From IMG/VR virus record IMGVR_UViG_3300011335_000651, positions 1 to 30,737 of that record: a DNA stretch of 30,737 nt. One strand, written 5' to 3'. Each line of letters begins with the position of its first letter. Position 1 is the stretch's first letter. Source of the DNA: a virus (lineage: Duplodnaviria; Caudoviricetes). The notes under the pieces are model-generated. The model saw nothing but the letters and a program-made list of their open reading frames with translations, searched no databases and was not told the DNA's origin. A program made the position numbers and the translations under genes. Shown piece by piece: positions 18,080 to 25,546 of the stretch.

Positions 18080-18229
18080 ATGAGAGCGAAATCGTGGGAA
18101 CAAGAGGGATTATGGTATTGGCATATACTTGATGAGTACGGAGATGAGGTAGCTTGTGCAACAAAAGGGTACGAATCAAGAGAAGATTGCAGAGAAGAAA
18201 TGTACGAGGCGCTAAGTGATTGGGAGTAA
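18080..18229 (+). CDS. YegP/DUF1508-like small protein (49 aa)
   Basis: Probable start ATG 18080 (GGAG upstream). WYWHILDEYGDEVACATKGYESREDC resembles the WxWxL..G..IA...GYxS..C motif. Confidence 0.5.
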   Translation: MRAKSWEQEGLWYWHILDEYGDEVACATKGYESREDCREEMYEALSDWE

Positions 18230-18233
18230 CATC

Positions 18234-18386
18234 ATGAAGTACTACAAAACGTGGCAAGAAGCATTCTTAGAATTTATTTCGCTGTACGGACATAACTACA
18301 AAGACAGTTACAACTTAGCAGCAGAGTTTGAACAACATTTACAGAAGAATAACAAAAACGTATACTACTTGAGGATATCAAAATGA
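18234..18386 (+). CDS. Small early protein (50 aa)
   Basis: GGGAG RBS. MKYYKTWQEAFLEFISLYGHNYKDSY... ATGA coupling to the next ORF. Confidence 0.65.
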   Translation: MKYYKTWQEAFLEFISLYGHNYKDSYNLAAEFEQHLQKNNKNVYYLRISK

Positions 18387-18559
18387 AAGACGATCTAAAA
18401 TGGTGGGACCAATTTTATACTGAATTAGAAGCAGGGTTAACGAGTTATACTCGTCCCAAAGATTGGAAAGAGAGAGCAGCTAATGCTGGTACTAGACATA
18501 TAAAACCAGTGCGGAACCAAAAAGAAGGGCTGACAAGAAACGGAGAACATCATGAATAA
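18383..18559 (+). CDS. Small early protein (58 aa)
   Basis: GAGGA RBS. MKDDLKWWDQFYTELEAG... Overlaps the ClpX-like start. Confidence 0.6.
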   Translation: MKDDLKWWDQFYTELEAGLTSYTRPKDWKERAANAGTRHIKPVRNQKEGLTRNGEHHE

Positions 18560-19406
18560 TGTATACGGTCACGACAAAGCAAAGAAGGTATTAGAAGTGC
18601 TTTTTAGACGTTCACAGGAACGTTATTACAAGAAGTGTGTGTTAGGTAGTACAGATTTTCCAGAGAGACTGAACTGCTTGTTAATAGGCTCTAGTGGCAC
18701 AGGTAAGACGCATCTAATGAAGACTTTTACTGAACAGCATGATGTACCATTATTGTGTCTTGATGCCACTGAATTGATGCCAACAGGCAATGATACAGGT
18801 GTTAACAAGAAGCAATTAAGAAAAATGATTCACGACAAAGCTAATGAATTGGTTACAAGTAAGAAGTATTTTAGTACGGAAGGCGTGCTGAACCAAATGT
18901 TTATATTTGTAGACGAATTTGATAAACTTGGGACTAGTTTTGATTCGTCTGGGAATTGGAATAAGCATGTGCAGTCAAGTTTTTTGACTTTAGTTGAAGA
19001 CAAATATGAATTTAGTGGGATATCTTGGGTGTTTGCAGGAGCGTTTTCTTCAGCTAGAGAGAACAAAGTTGTTAAAAGGAGTATTGGTTTCTTCTCAGAT
19101 AACAATGTGGAGGCAGTCACTAACCAATTAACTGAGAAAGATATACTGAAATCGGGCATCATACCCGAAATGCTGGGAAGAATACCTCTTATTGTACAGT
19201 TGGATGAGTTTAGCTTGACAGATTATGTAAACATAGTCGAAAATCTAATCGAAGATAAATATGCTGCGTTGACAGATGTCAACACTACAGAAATTGCAGA
19301 AACGGCTATGAATAGTGGGCAAGGAGTACGCAGTGTTATCAGACAGCTTGAAATGTTGTTAATAGAACACGAAAGTAACACACCATGGGTAATGCCGAGG
19401 GGATAG
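18552..19406 (+). CDS. clpX: ClpX-like AAA+ ATPase, truncated and divergent
   Basis: VYGHDKAKKVL, Walker A GSSGTGKT, DATEL, Walker B IFVDEFDK, AGAF, IGF loop, IPEMLGRIP, sensor-2-like GVR. No N-terminal Zn domain. Confidence 0.85.
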   Translation: MNNVYGHDKAKKVLEVLFRRSQERYYKKCVLGSTDFPERLNCLLIGSSGTGKTHLMKTFTEQHDVPLLCLDATELMPTGNDTGVNKKQLRKMIHDKANELVTSKKYFSTEGVLNQMFIFVDEFDKLGTSFDSSGNWNKHVQSSFLTLVEDKYEFSGISWVFAGAFSSARENKVVKRSIGFFSDNNVEAVTNQLTEKDILKSGIIPEMLGRIPLIVQLDEFSLTDYVNIVENLIEDKYAALTDVNTTEIAETAMNSGQGVRSVIRQLEMLLIEHESNTPWVMPRG

Positions 19407-19408
19407 AT

Positions 19409-19600
19409 ATGTTTAGAGGAGTATTGAATATGATAGGTAGGAGCATAGACTTTTCAGCAGCGCTGGAGAAGGCAGAACGAGATATATACGTTAAAGCATA
19501 TAAGATTCATAAACAGAATCAAACGGCAACTGCTAAGGCGTTGGGAGTGGCTAGAGGGACATTCCTAACTAAGATGAAGAAATGGGGGGAATTGAAATGA
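19409..19600 (+). CDS. Fis-like (HTH_8) DNA-binding protein
   Basis: LEKAERDIYVKAY....NQTATAKALGVARGTFLTKMKKWG aligns with the Fis/NtrC C-terminal HTH. Probable start 19409. Confidence 0.8.
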   Translation: MFRGVLNMIGRSIDFSAALEKAERDIYVKAYKIHKQNQTATAKALGVARGTFLTKMKKWGELK

Positions 19601-19800
19601 AGGACTGGATTAAAAAACATATGGACATAGATACGTTAGTAGATTCTCACTATTATTTATATGAATTAGGAGATAAATGTACAGCATGTTTCTTAGAGGA
19701 TTCTCATAAAAAGGAGGAAGTCAGGACAAAAGCAATTGAAATATTTATGAGAACAAATAAGGTTTACCTAGAACTAGATAATAAGAAGGTGAAAATATGA
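19597..19800 (+). CDS. Hypothetical protein
   Basis: ATGA coupling at both ends. Confidence 0.65.
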   Translation: MKDWIKKHMDIDTLVDSHYYLYELGDKCTACFLEDSHKKEEVRTKAIEIFMRTNKVYLELDNKKVKI

Positions 19801-20138
19801 TGGATGGTTGGCACGGAGACGAGTACGATATAGAGTATACTGAGGATGAGCTGTATGACATGGAGTGTCAAGAGGCAGACTTACTTAATGATGATATACG
19901 AGTGAGTTATACGAGTGAGCTACAATTTAGAGGTGTTAACATGAGTAATATAGTGGTGTTAGAGCAGATAGTGGAGCTGATAGAAGCGTACTTAAATGAA
20001 GTGAAAGACAAGTATGTTAGGTGTGCGTTTCAAGCAACTTTGATTAAGTACAGAAAAGAACTGGAAGATGCATATCACAAGAACGCACTAGATGTGGTTG
20101 AACACAAGCTGGCGCATCTAGTTAAAAAATTAAAGTAG
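19797..20138 (+). CDS. Hypothetical protein, acidic N-terminus
   Basis: ORF track. A second start at MSNIVV has a GAGG RBS. Confidence 0.6.
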   Translation: MMDGWHGDEYDIEYTEDELYDMECQEADLLNDDIRVSYTSELQFRGVNMSNIVVLEQIVELIEAYLNEVKDKYVRCAFQATLIKYRKELEDAYHKNALDVVEHKLAHLVKKLK

Positions 20139-20150
20139 GAGAATATTCAA

Positions 20151-20330
20151 ATGAAATTTATAGGAATTATGTTGATGGTTCTACCTCTACTGTTTGTCGG
20201 AACGATACTCGTGGAGGGAGGTATAATTTGGCTAGGGATGTTTATTCTTTACATAATAGCAACACTCTGTACGCTAGTAGCCCCTATCGTGGGGGTACTA
20301 TTGTACAGAATGGCAGATCATTTGAAATGA
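20151..20330 (+). CDS. Small 2-TM membrane protein (59 aa)
   Basis: AGGAG RBS. MKFIGIMLMVLPLLFVGTILVEGGIIWLGMFILYIIATLCTLVAPIVGVLLYRMADHLK. Not in the ORF track. Confidence 0.7.
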   Translation: MKFIGIMLMVLPLLFVGTILVEGGIIWLGMFILYIIATLCTLVAPIVGVLLYRMADHLK

Positions 20331-20848
20331 CGGGCGTTACGCTCGGTGAGGGAGGGGTCATCGTGGTGAATGTACAGGTCCTCTCCTTTGAACATACGGT
20401 TTATCTCAGATTGAGATAAGAAGGGTTTACATAAACGATTGAATCTATTACGAAATACTTTTCTGTAGTTATTTATATACAGTTCAGTTTCACCCCCCTT
20501 GCCTTTCGACCCACCAGAATAATCATGAAACATGATGAACGAATCAGGCTCTATTGTGAGCTTGTCTCCACATACTGCGAGTATCGCACCCATGCTGTAA
20601 GACGGATACTCAACTACCATGTGCACGGGGCAGGGTAATGCCATTAGTTGGTCAACAAGAAAGAATCCCACGGAGCAGTCGCCTCCGGGACAATTAAGAT
20701 GTACTACTACAGAATCTTTCTCAGTTACTTTCCCAAGTTCTTTGACTAAATCGTCATAGTCTTCAAAGCACTCGATAGCACCTCTGATGAATATGTCGAT
20801 GTCTTTGCTTACGTGAGGGGATGTTCTGATTAGACATGCTTCACTCAT
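20318..20848 (-). CDS. clpP: ClpP-family (S14) serine protease
   Basis: HLNCPGG, catalytic Ser in YSMGA, His in FIMFHD, candidate Asp in GEDLYI. GGAGG RBS and ATGA coupling to the endolysin. Confidence 0.88.
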   Translation of the reverse strand: MSEACLIRTSPHVSKDIDIFIRGAIECFEDYDDLVKELGKVTEKDSVVVHLNCPGGDCSVGFFLVDQLMALPCPVHMVVEYPSYSMGAILAVCGDKLTIEPDSFIMFHDYSGGSKGKGGETELYINNYRKVFRNRFNRLCKPFLSQSEINRMFKGEDLYIHHDDPSLTERNARHFK

Positions 20849-21624
20849 GCTTTACCTCCAGTTAACAGACTTTTTATACCTTCCCAGATAGCTCCAGCTG
20901 AGAAAGACACGGGTTTCTTTTCTACGTCTACGGAAACTCCTGAGATAGAAGTTAAACTTGTTTGTATAATTAATTCGAATTTTTTAGCTTCTGCAGCGAT
21001 TCTATTGCCATTCAATGCTACGTCAGCATTAACCACTCTGCGTGCATTTTTGTAGTCTACTCCGGACGCATTAATATAGTTACTTAAACTAACTCCGGTG
21101 AATAGCCCTTCTGTGCACCCTTTATATAGAATTTTAGCTCCTAGAGTTAAGTCAAGAGCTAGGTCCGGGTTGTTAACTAAATCGACATTGAATAGTTTAC
21201 TGAACTTTTCGTAATTCACTTTACCGGTGAACTGAGCGCCAATACCTCGTCCACGATAACGATACCCGTCACCTGAAGAGGCATTCCCATTACCTAGCCG
21301 GTTAGCATAAACCGAATTGCCCAGCTTTTCTGGATTTCTCACATATGCTTGGGCAGTTGCTTTTGAAAAACGAGATGGCCAAACTTGCACAATCCGCAAT
21401 GCAGATGTATAATTCATATTCTCAGTGATGGGTTTCATTTCTGGGCCACATTCATGACGCACTGTAGCGAGCATGTAAGCTTTCTTCTCTGTGTCTCGCT
21501 CTAAAGAAGAGTTTTGATTAAATACGTCAATGATGGCTTCTAGAGTGGCCACAGTGGATTCTTTAAGTGACCCGAATTGTTTTCTATATGCAGCATAAAA
21601 CTTAGGTTTATCTATGTAGAACAT
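20845..21624 (-). CDS. Glycoside hydrolase family 19 endolysin
   Basis: AYMLATVRHEC, ENMNY, VYANRLGNG, GDGYRYRGRG, QFTGKVNY, DLVNNPDL, ARRVVN. Confidence 0.92.
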   Translation of the reverse strand: MFYIDKPKFYAAYRKQFGSLKESTVATLEAIIDVFNQNSSLERDTEKKAYMLATVRHECGPEMKPITENMNYTSALRIVQVWPSRFSKATAQAYVRNPEKLGNSVYANRLGNGNASSGDGYRYRGRGIGAQFTGKVNYEKFSKLFNVDLVNNPDLALDLTLGAKILYKGCTEGLFTGVSLSNYINASGVDYKNARRVVNADVALNGNRIAAEAKKFELIIQTSLTSISGVSVDVEKKPVSFSAGAIWEGIKSLLTGGKA

Positions 21625-21678
21625 GTGTTTACCCTCTGTATACTTATGAGTAGTAGTTATATGGGACCCCTACTGATC

Positions 21679-21707
21679 AGTATATCATAATTTTTAAATA
21701 CTGTCAA
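21679..21707 (-). promoter_or_regulatory. Promoter TTGACA-17-TATACT for the endolysin-ClpP cassette
   Basis: -35 at 21707-21702, -10 at 21684-21679, TG extension. Confidence 0.8.
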
Positions 21708-21756
21708 GGGGGAATTATACAAAATTATTTATTACTAGTATAAATAGTAACATTAC

Positions 21757-21785
21757 TTGACAAAAAGGAGTGGGTCGATTAAACT
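21757..21785 (+). promoter_or_regulatory. Promoter TTGACA-17-TAAACT for the replication arm
   Basis: -35 at 21757-21762, -10 at 21780-21785, back-to-back with the previous promoter. Confidence 0.75.
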
Positions 21786-21833
21786 AACAGTGAGACATAA
21801 TATTAGAATTAACTTAAACAGGACGTAGCAGAG

Positions 21834-21977
21834 ATGTTATCTTTAAATGAACTGATACAACTAGCTGAAGAATTCGGTCTTCCATGTATCGAGCGAGACG
21901 GTTACGTTTATGTAATTGGGTTAAATCAAATATTAGAATTTCATTTAATAAACTTGGAGGATACACTAAATGACTAA
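21834..21977 (+). CDS. Small protein (47 aa)
   Basis: MLSLNELIQLAEEFGLPCIERDGYVYVIG... Overlaps the next start. Confidence 0.55.
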   Translation: MLSLNELIQLAEEFGLPCIERDGYVYVIGLNQILEFHLINLEDTLND

Positions 21978-22467
21978 CTTATTAACATCACCAGCAGGCG
22001 AAATTCAATTTTTAGCAGTTAGCAGACCAGTTACTAATTCTAAAGGAACAGAGGTTTATACAATTCGCTTAGCGTTAGATTCTGAAAAAGATGCTGAATT
22101 TATATCTCAAATCGCAGCAATCAACTCTAACAAGCCGGTGACAGAAAAGACATACCGAGGAAACAATAAAGAAATCAAGGAAATGTTATCAAGAGGTAAA
22201 ACTTTAATTTCTGCTGAGACTAAGTTCGAAGTACCTGTCTATGATAAAGAAGGACAAAAAATGGAAGAGGCGCCTATGTTCTTTGCAGATTCAAAAGGAA
22301 CAGCGCAAATGGTAGTTCAACCATACACCAAGAGCGCCAAAGGCGGAACTATTAACTTGGTAGCTGTTATTCTACATAGTATCGAGTCCGAAAACTCTAC
22401 TGGAACTGATAGAGAATCTCGATTGGCTCAATTACGTTCGGCTGTTGAAGCTGCAACTAAGGGCTAA
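21970..22467 (+). CDS. Putative single-stranded DNA-binding protein (T7 gp2.5-like OB fold)
   Basis: TSPAGEIQF..V.RP, YTIRL, VPVYDKEG, VQPY..GTINLVAV pattern. GGAGG RBS, upstream of the DNA polymerase. No acidic tail. Confidence 0.55.
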   Translation: MTNLLTSPAGEIQFLAVSRPVTNSKGTEVYTIRLALDSEKDAEFISQIAAINSNKPVTEKTYRGNNKEIKEMLSRGKTLISAETKFEVPVYDKEGQKMEEAPMFFADSKGTAQMVVQPYTKSAKGGTINLVAVILHSIESENSTGTDRESRLAQLRSAVEAATKG

Positions 22468-22469
22468 AA

Positions 22470-22930
22470 AGAACCCCGACCGACTCATAGGGGGCTCGAC
22501 GGTTACAAGTATCTACTCCCTCGTACGGGAGAGCTGGAGTAGCTAGCCAGACGAACAAGAAGAGGCTATACGGAGATACTACTGATTTAAATATCGAGAA
22601 CAGAGTCCGCTGTACTAGCGTAATAGGTACTAATTAGTAGAGATTATACCGAGTGGGTGGGATGCCCACATGAATTAAAGAATTCTTCTGGGGAATCCCG
22701 GGGGGATGCTGCAACAGTCTTCTGGGGAATCCTGGTGGAAACTGCAGCAGTCGTCTGGCCCACGTTACGGGCCACTGAATTTAAAAACATCCCGCCAGGG
22801 TATGCAGGAAGGACGCGGAGAAGGCACGAAAGTGCATGAAGTACTGTACCCGACAAGGATGCTACCTAAATGGGACCAGTGAAAGCCGAACTAGACGATG
22901 GCTTGACGGAGGGGAGAGACCCTCATTTTT
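22470..22930 (+). ncRNA. Candidate large structured RNA / structured leader (~460 nt), family unknown
   Basis: GC-richer than its flanks. Nested stems with G-U pairs valid only on the plus strand, a GAAA tetraloop hairpin (22824-22835) and a final hairpin + T-run (22909-22930). Confidence 0.5.
22684..22750. repeat. Imperfect tandem repeat, 34 + 33 bp
   Basis: TCTTCTGGGGAATCCCGGGGGGATGCTGCAACAG / TCTTCTGGGGAATCCTGGTGGAAACTGCAGCAG, then a partial third copy TCGTCTGG. Confidence 0.85.
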
Positions 22931-22943
22931 ATTGGAGAAACAT

Positions 22944-24902
22944 ATGATTGCAATCGATTTTGAAAGCCATCTGATAGGTAACAATTCGATTTTCCCCAAA
23001 CCTGTTTGTTTATCCTGGTATGACGGAAAGGAAACTGGCCTTTTAGATAGAGAAGAAGCTAGGAAATATTTACATGAAATCTTAATAAAAAAAGAAATGA
23101 TTGTTGCACACAATGCAGTGTTTGAGTGTGGAGTAATTGTTACCCAATACCCTGAATTAACAGATTTAGTATTTGATGCCCTCGACGAGGGACTTTTTTA
23201 TTGTACCAAAATAAATGAATCTTTAAACAATATCCAAAGGGAAAAAAAGGTACATGACCTAACACTTGCAGGATTAGTTAAACATTACTTTCAAGAAGAT
23301 ATCAGCGAAACTAAAACTGACCCAGATGCATGGCGATTAAGATACTCAGAACTAGATGGAGTACCAATCAAGGAATGGCCAGAGTTAGCAGTTAATTACG
23401 CTATTGACGACTCTATCTGGGCGTATAAAGTGCAGCAGAATCAAGAACCGGTCAAGCAATATTTGGCTTTAAAATCAGCAGTTTATCTTAATTTGATGGG
23501 TGCGCAAGGGTTTAGAATCAAGAAAGAACGGGTCCAGAAACTAGAAGAGGAAATCTGGGGGTTCCTTACCCCTCAATATGAATTCTTAGTTAAAGAGGGG
23601 TTTTGTGACTATATTGTTAATCAAAAACAACCTAGAAAACAAACTAAGAAACTTAAAGAATATGTAGAAGGATTAGGGATAGTACTTCAGTATACTGACA
23701 AAGGCAATACCTCAATGGCGGGCGAATCAATCGACGCTTACTTAGTTCAAATAGATGACCCCGTGTTAAGAGCTTTTTCAACGGTAGCTAAGTATGAAAA
23801 AATATTAACTGCGTATTTATCTCGTTTAAGAGGTGCGGAAAAGATTTACTCACAATACTCTACAGATAAAAATAGTGGAAGGACGTCGAGTAATGGGTCT
23901 AAACTCTTTGACTCAGTAAACATTCAACAAATGCCAAGGAAGGTAGAGAACGTAACGTACGATGTACGGAATTGTTTTATGCCAAGACCTGGATTTAAGA
24001 TATTCTCAATCGACTACGGTGCTTTAGAATTAAGAGCAGTTGCACACCAATTGTATTCTTTGCTAGGGTATTCTAATTTGAGAAACCTATTAAATCAGGG
24101 GGATAGACCGACCGACCCTCACTCTATTTTAGCTGCCAGAATGAAGAAGATAGAGTACTATGAAGACTTTAAGAAAGACTATAAAGAGGATAGAGACAAA
24201 GCAAAAGAAGTAAGCCTAGGGCTGCCTGGGGGTATGGGATACGATACCATTCGGGGGTCAATGTGGAGTAAGGGAGTTAAAACGTACTATCAAGTGTTAG
24301 AAAAATCGTACAGCAAGAGGGAATTACAGTACTATTTATACAACCTAGGCTCTAGTGACTTAAGAATTAAGCGTTTAAGTAAAAATGAATACGCTTTAGT
24401 ACAGGATGAAATCGTTAACATTAAACGTTTCGTATTCGAACTTTATCCAGAATTAGAGCAGTTTCTTAAAGAAGAACATAAACGTTTTCTGAACGGTAAG
24501 AACAGATGGATTAAAAACGAATTTGACGAATGGGAAGAAGAACCACTGTATAGATACCAAGTAGGGGATTTCGTCAGAGACAATTGTACATATACGGCAA
24601 TCTGTAACGGCTACCTAATGCAATCTCCTAGTGCACAAGGCGCTCAAATGGCCATGAACAAAATGATTAGAACGTATTGGAACCATCCAGATGTTATACC
24701 ACAAGCCTTTATTCATGATGAAGTGGTAGGAGAAGTAAGAGAAGATTGTTATGACCAATTAGATGGTGTAGCTAACATTATGATGGAAGAGATGCAGAAA
24801 CAATTACCTAGTGTTAGAATAGCTGTGGAGGCGTCTGTGTCAGATTACTGGCAGAAAGCAGACGGGTTTTATAACAAGACAATGTGGTTGGACGCAAAAT
24901 GA
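22944..24902 (+). CDS. polA: Family A DNA polymerase with 3'-5' exonuclease (652 aa)
   Basis: Start reassigned to ATG 22944 (GGAG RBS, MIAIDFES = ExoI). AHNAVFE, YAIDD, SGRTSS, NIQQMPR, motif A DYGALELR, motif B RDKAKEVSLG, motif C IHDE. Confidence 0.95.
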   Translation: MIAIDFESHLIGNNSIFPKPVCLSWYDGKETGLLDREEARKYLHEILIKKEMIVAHNAVFECGVIVTQYPELTDLVFDALDEGLFYCTKINESLNNIQREKKVHDLTLAGLVKHYFQEDISETKTDPDAWRLRYSELDGVPIKEWPELAVNYAIDDSIWAYKVQQNQEPVKQYLALKSAVYLNLMGAQGFRIKKERVQKLEEEIWGFLTPQYEFLVKEGFCDYIVNQKQPRKQTKKLKEYVEGLGIVLQYTDKGNTSMAGESIDAYLVQIDDPVLRAFSTVAKYEKILTAYLSRLRGAEKIYSQYSTDKNSGRTSSNGSKLFDSVNIQQMPRKVENVTYDVRNCFMPRPGFKIFSIDYGALELRAVAHQLYSLLGYSNLRNLLNQGDRPTDPHSILAARMKKIEYYEDFKKDYKEDRDKAKEVSLGLPGGMGYDTIRGSMWSKGVKTYYQVLEKSYSKRELQYYLYNLGSSDLRIKRLSKNEYALVQDEIVNIKRFVFELYPELEQFLKEEHKRFLNGKNRWIKNEFDEWEEEPLYRYQVGDFVRDNCTYTAICNGYLMQSPSAQGAQMAMNKMIRTYWNHPDVIPQAFIHDEVVGEVREDCYDQLDGVANIMMEEMQKQLPSVRIAVEASVSDYWQKADGFYNKTMWLDAK

Positions 24903-25546
24903 AGCACATACTAAAAACAGAATCAGACTGGTTAGCTATAAGGAAAAATTACATAACAGCTAGCGAGGCGGCGGTACTCGTAGGTGCTGACCCTTATTCC
25001 AGCCCAAAGGCTATTAAGGAGCCAGCGGCGTTCACAGGCAATGCATTCACATTGGTAGGCCAGCTATTAGAACCAGTAGTAGCCAACCTAACTAACATTG
25101 TTCTTGGGACTAAATTTGAAATTTATGAAACATCAGACGGTACAAAAGAGTTCTATACGAACGGCCATTTTGGAGCAACTCCGGACGCACACCAAGATAG
25201 AAAAATTCTATTAGAATGTAAAACTACCCGACCGAAAACATTCATTAAATACGGGGCGGTTCCACCAAGTAAATATATGATTCAGAATATTATTCAACAA
25301 ATGTGTGTAGACGATTTAGAAGCAGATTATGGGTACATATCTATCATGAGCACGGACTTAACCCAACACACTTCAGAGATTAACTGGCCAATTTCGGTGT
25401 TCAAAATCTGGAAAGATGATTCTTTGTGTTCTATACTACAAGAGGAGGCAGAAAGATTTAAAACGAAACCAACATTTCGAGTGAACTCTAAAGTCAAACA
25501 GAAGGTTAAGCTGTTGCTTGCCATGGGATGTGAGAGGATTATATGA
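24899..25546 (+). CDS. YqaJ-like (lambda exonuclease family) nuclease
   Basis: WLAIRKNYITASE, GQLLEP, GATPDA, LLECKT. Start at the ATGA overlap, 24899. Confidence 0.88.
   Translation: MKHILKTESDWLAIRKNYITASEAAVLVGADPYSSPKAIKEPAAFTGNAFTLVGQLLEPVVANLTNIVLGTKFEIYETSDGTKEFYTNGHFGATPDAHQDRKILLECKTTRPKTFIKYGAVPPSKYMIQNIIQQMCVDDLEADYGYISIMSTDLTQHTSEINWPISVFKIWKDDSLCSILQEEAERFKTKPTFRVNSKVKQKVKLLLAMGCERII

Noticed and set aside
20228-20419. 63-aa plus-strand ORF from the track
   Set aside because: Overlaps both the better-supported 20151-20330 membrane ORF and clpP, and has a TTG start.
22684-22758. Mini CRISPR array
   Set aside because: The units are contiguous and similar along their whole length, so there are no unique spacers, and no cas gene is present.
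22489-22818. tmRNA-like words GGGGCTCGACGG, TCCCGCCAG and GGACGCGG
   Set aside because: The two 3' words are in the wrong order, with no T-loop and no CCA end, so this is not a canonical tmRNA.
22644-22943. ORFs 22657-22839, 22644-22856 and the 36-codon N-terminal extension of the polymerase
   Set aside because: No clear RBS and atypical composition. ATG 22944 has a GGAG RBS and begins right at ExoI.
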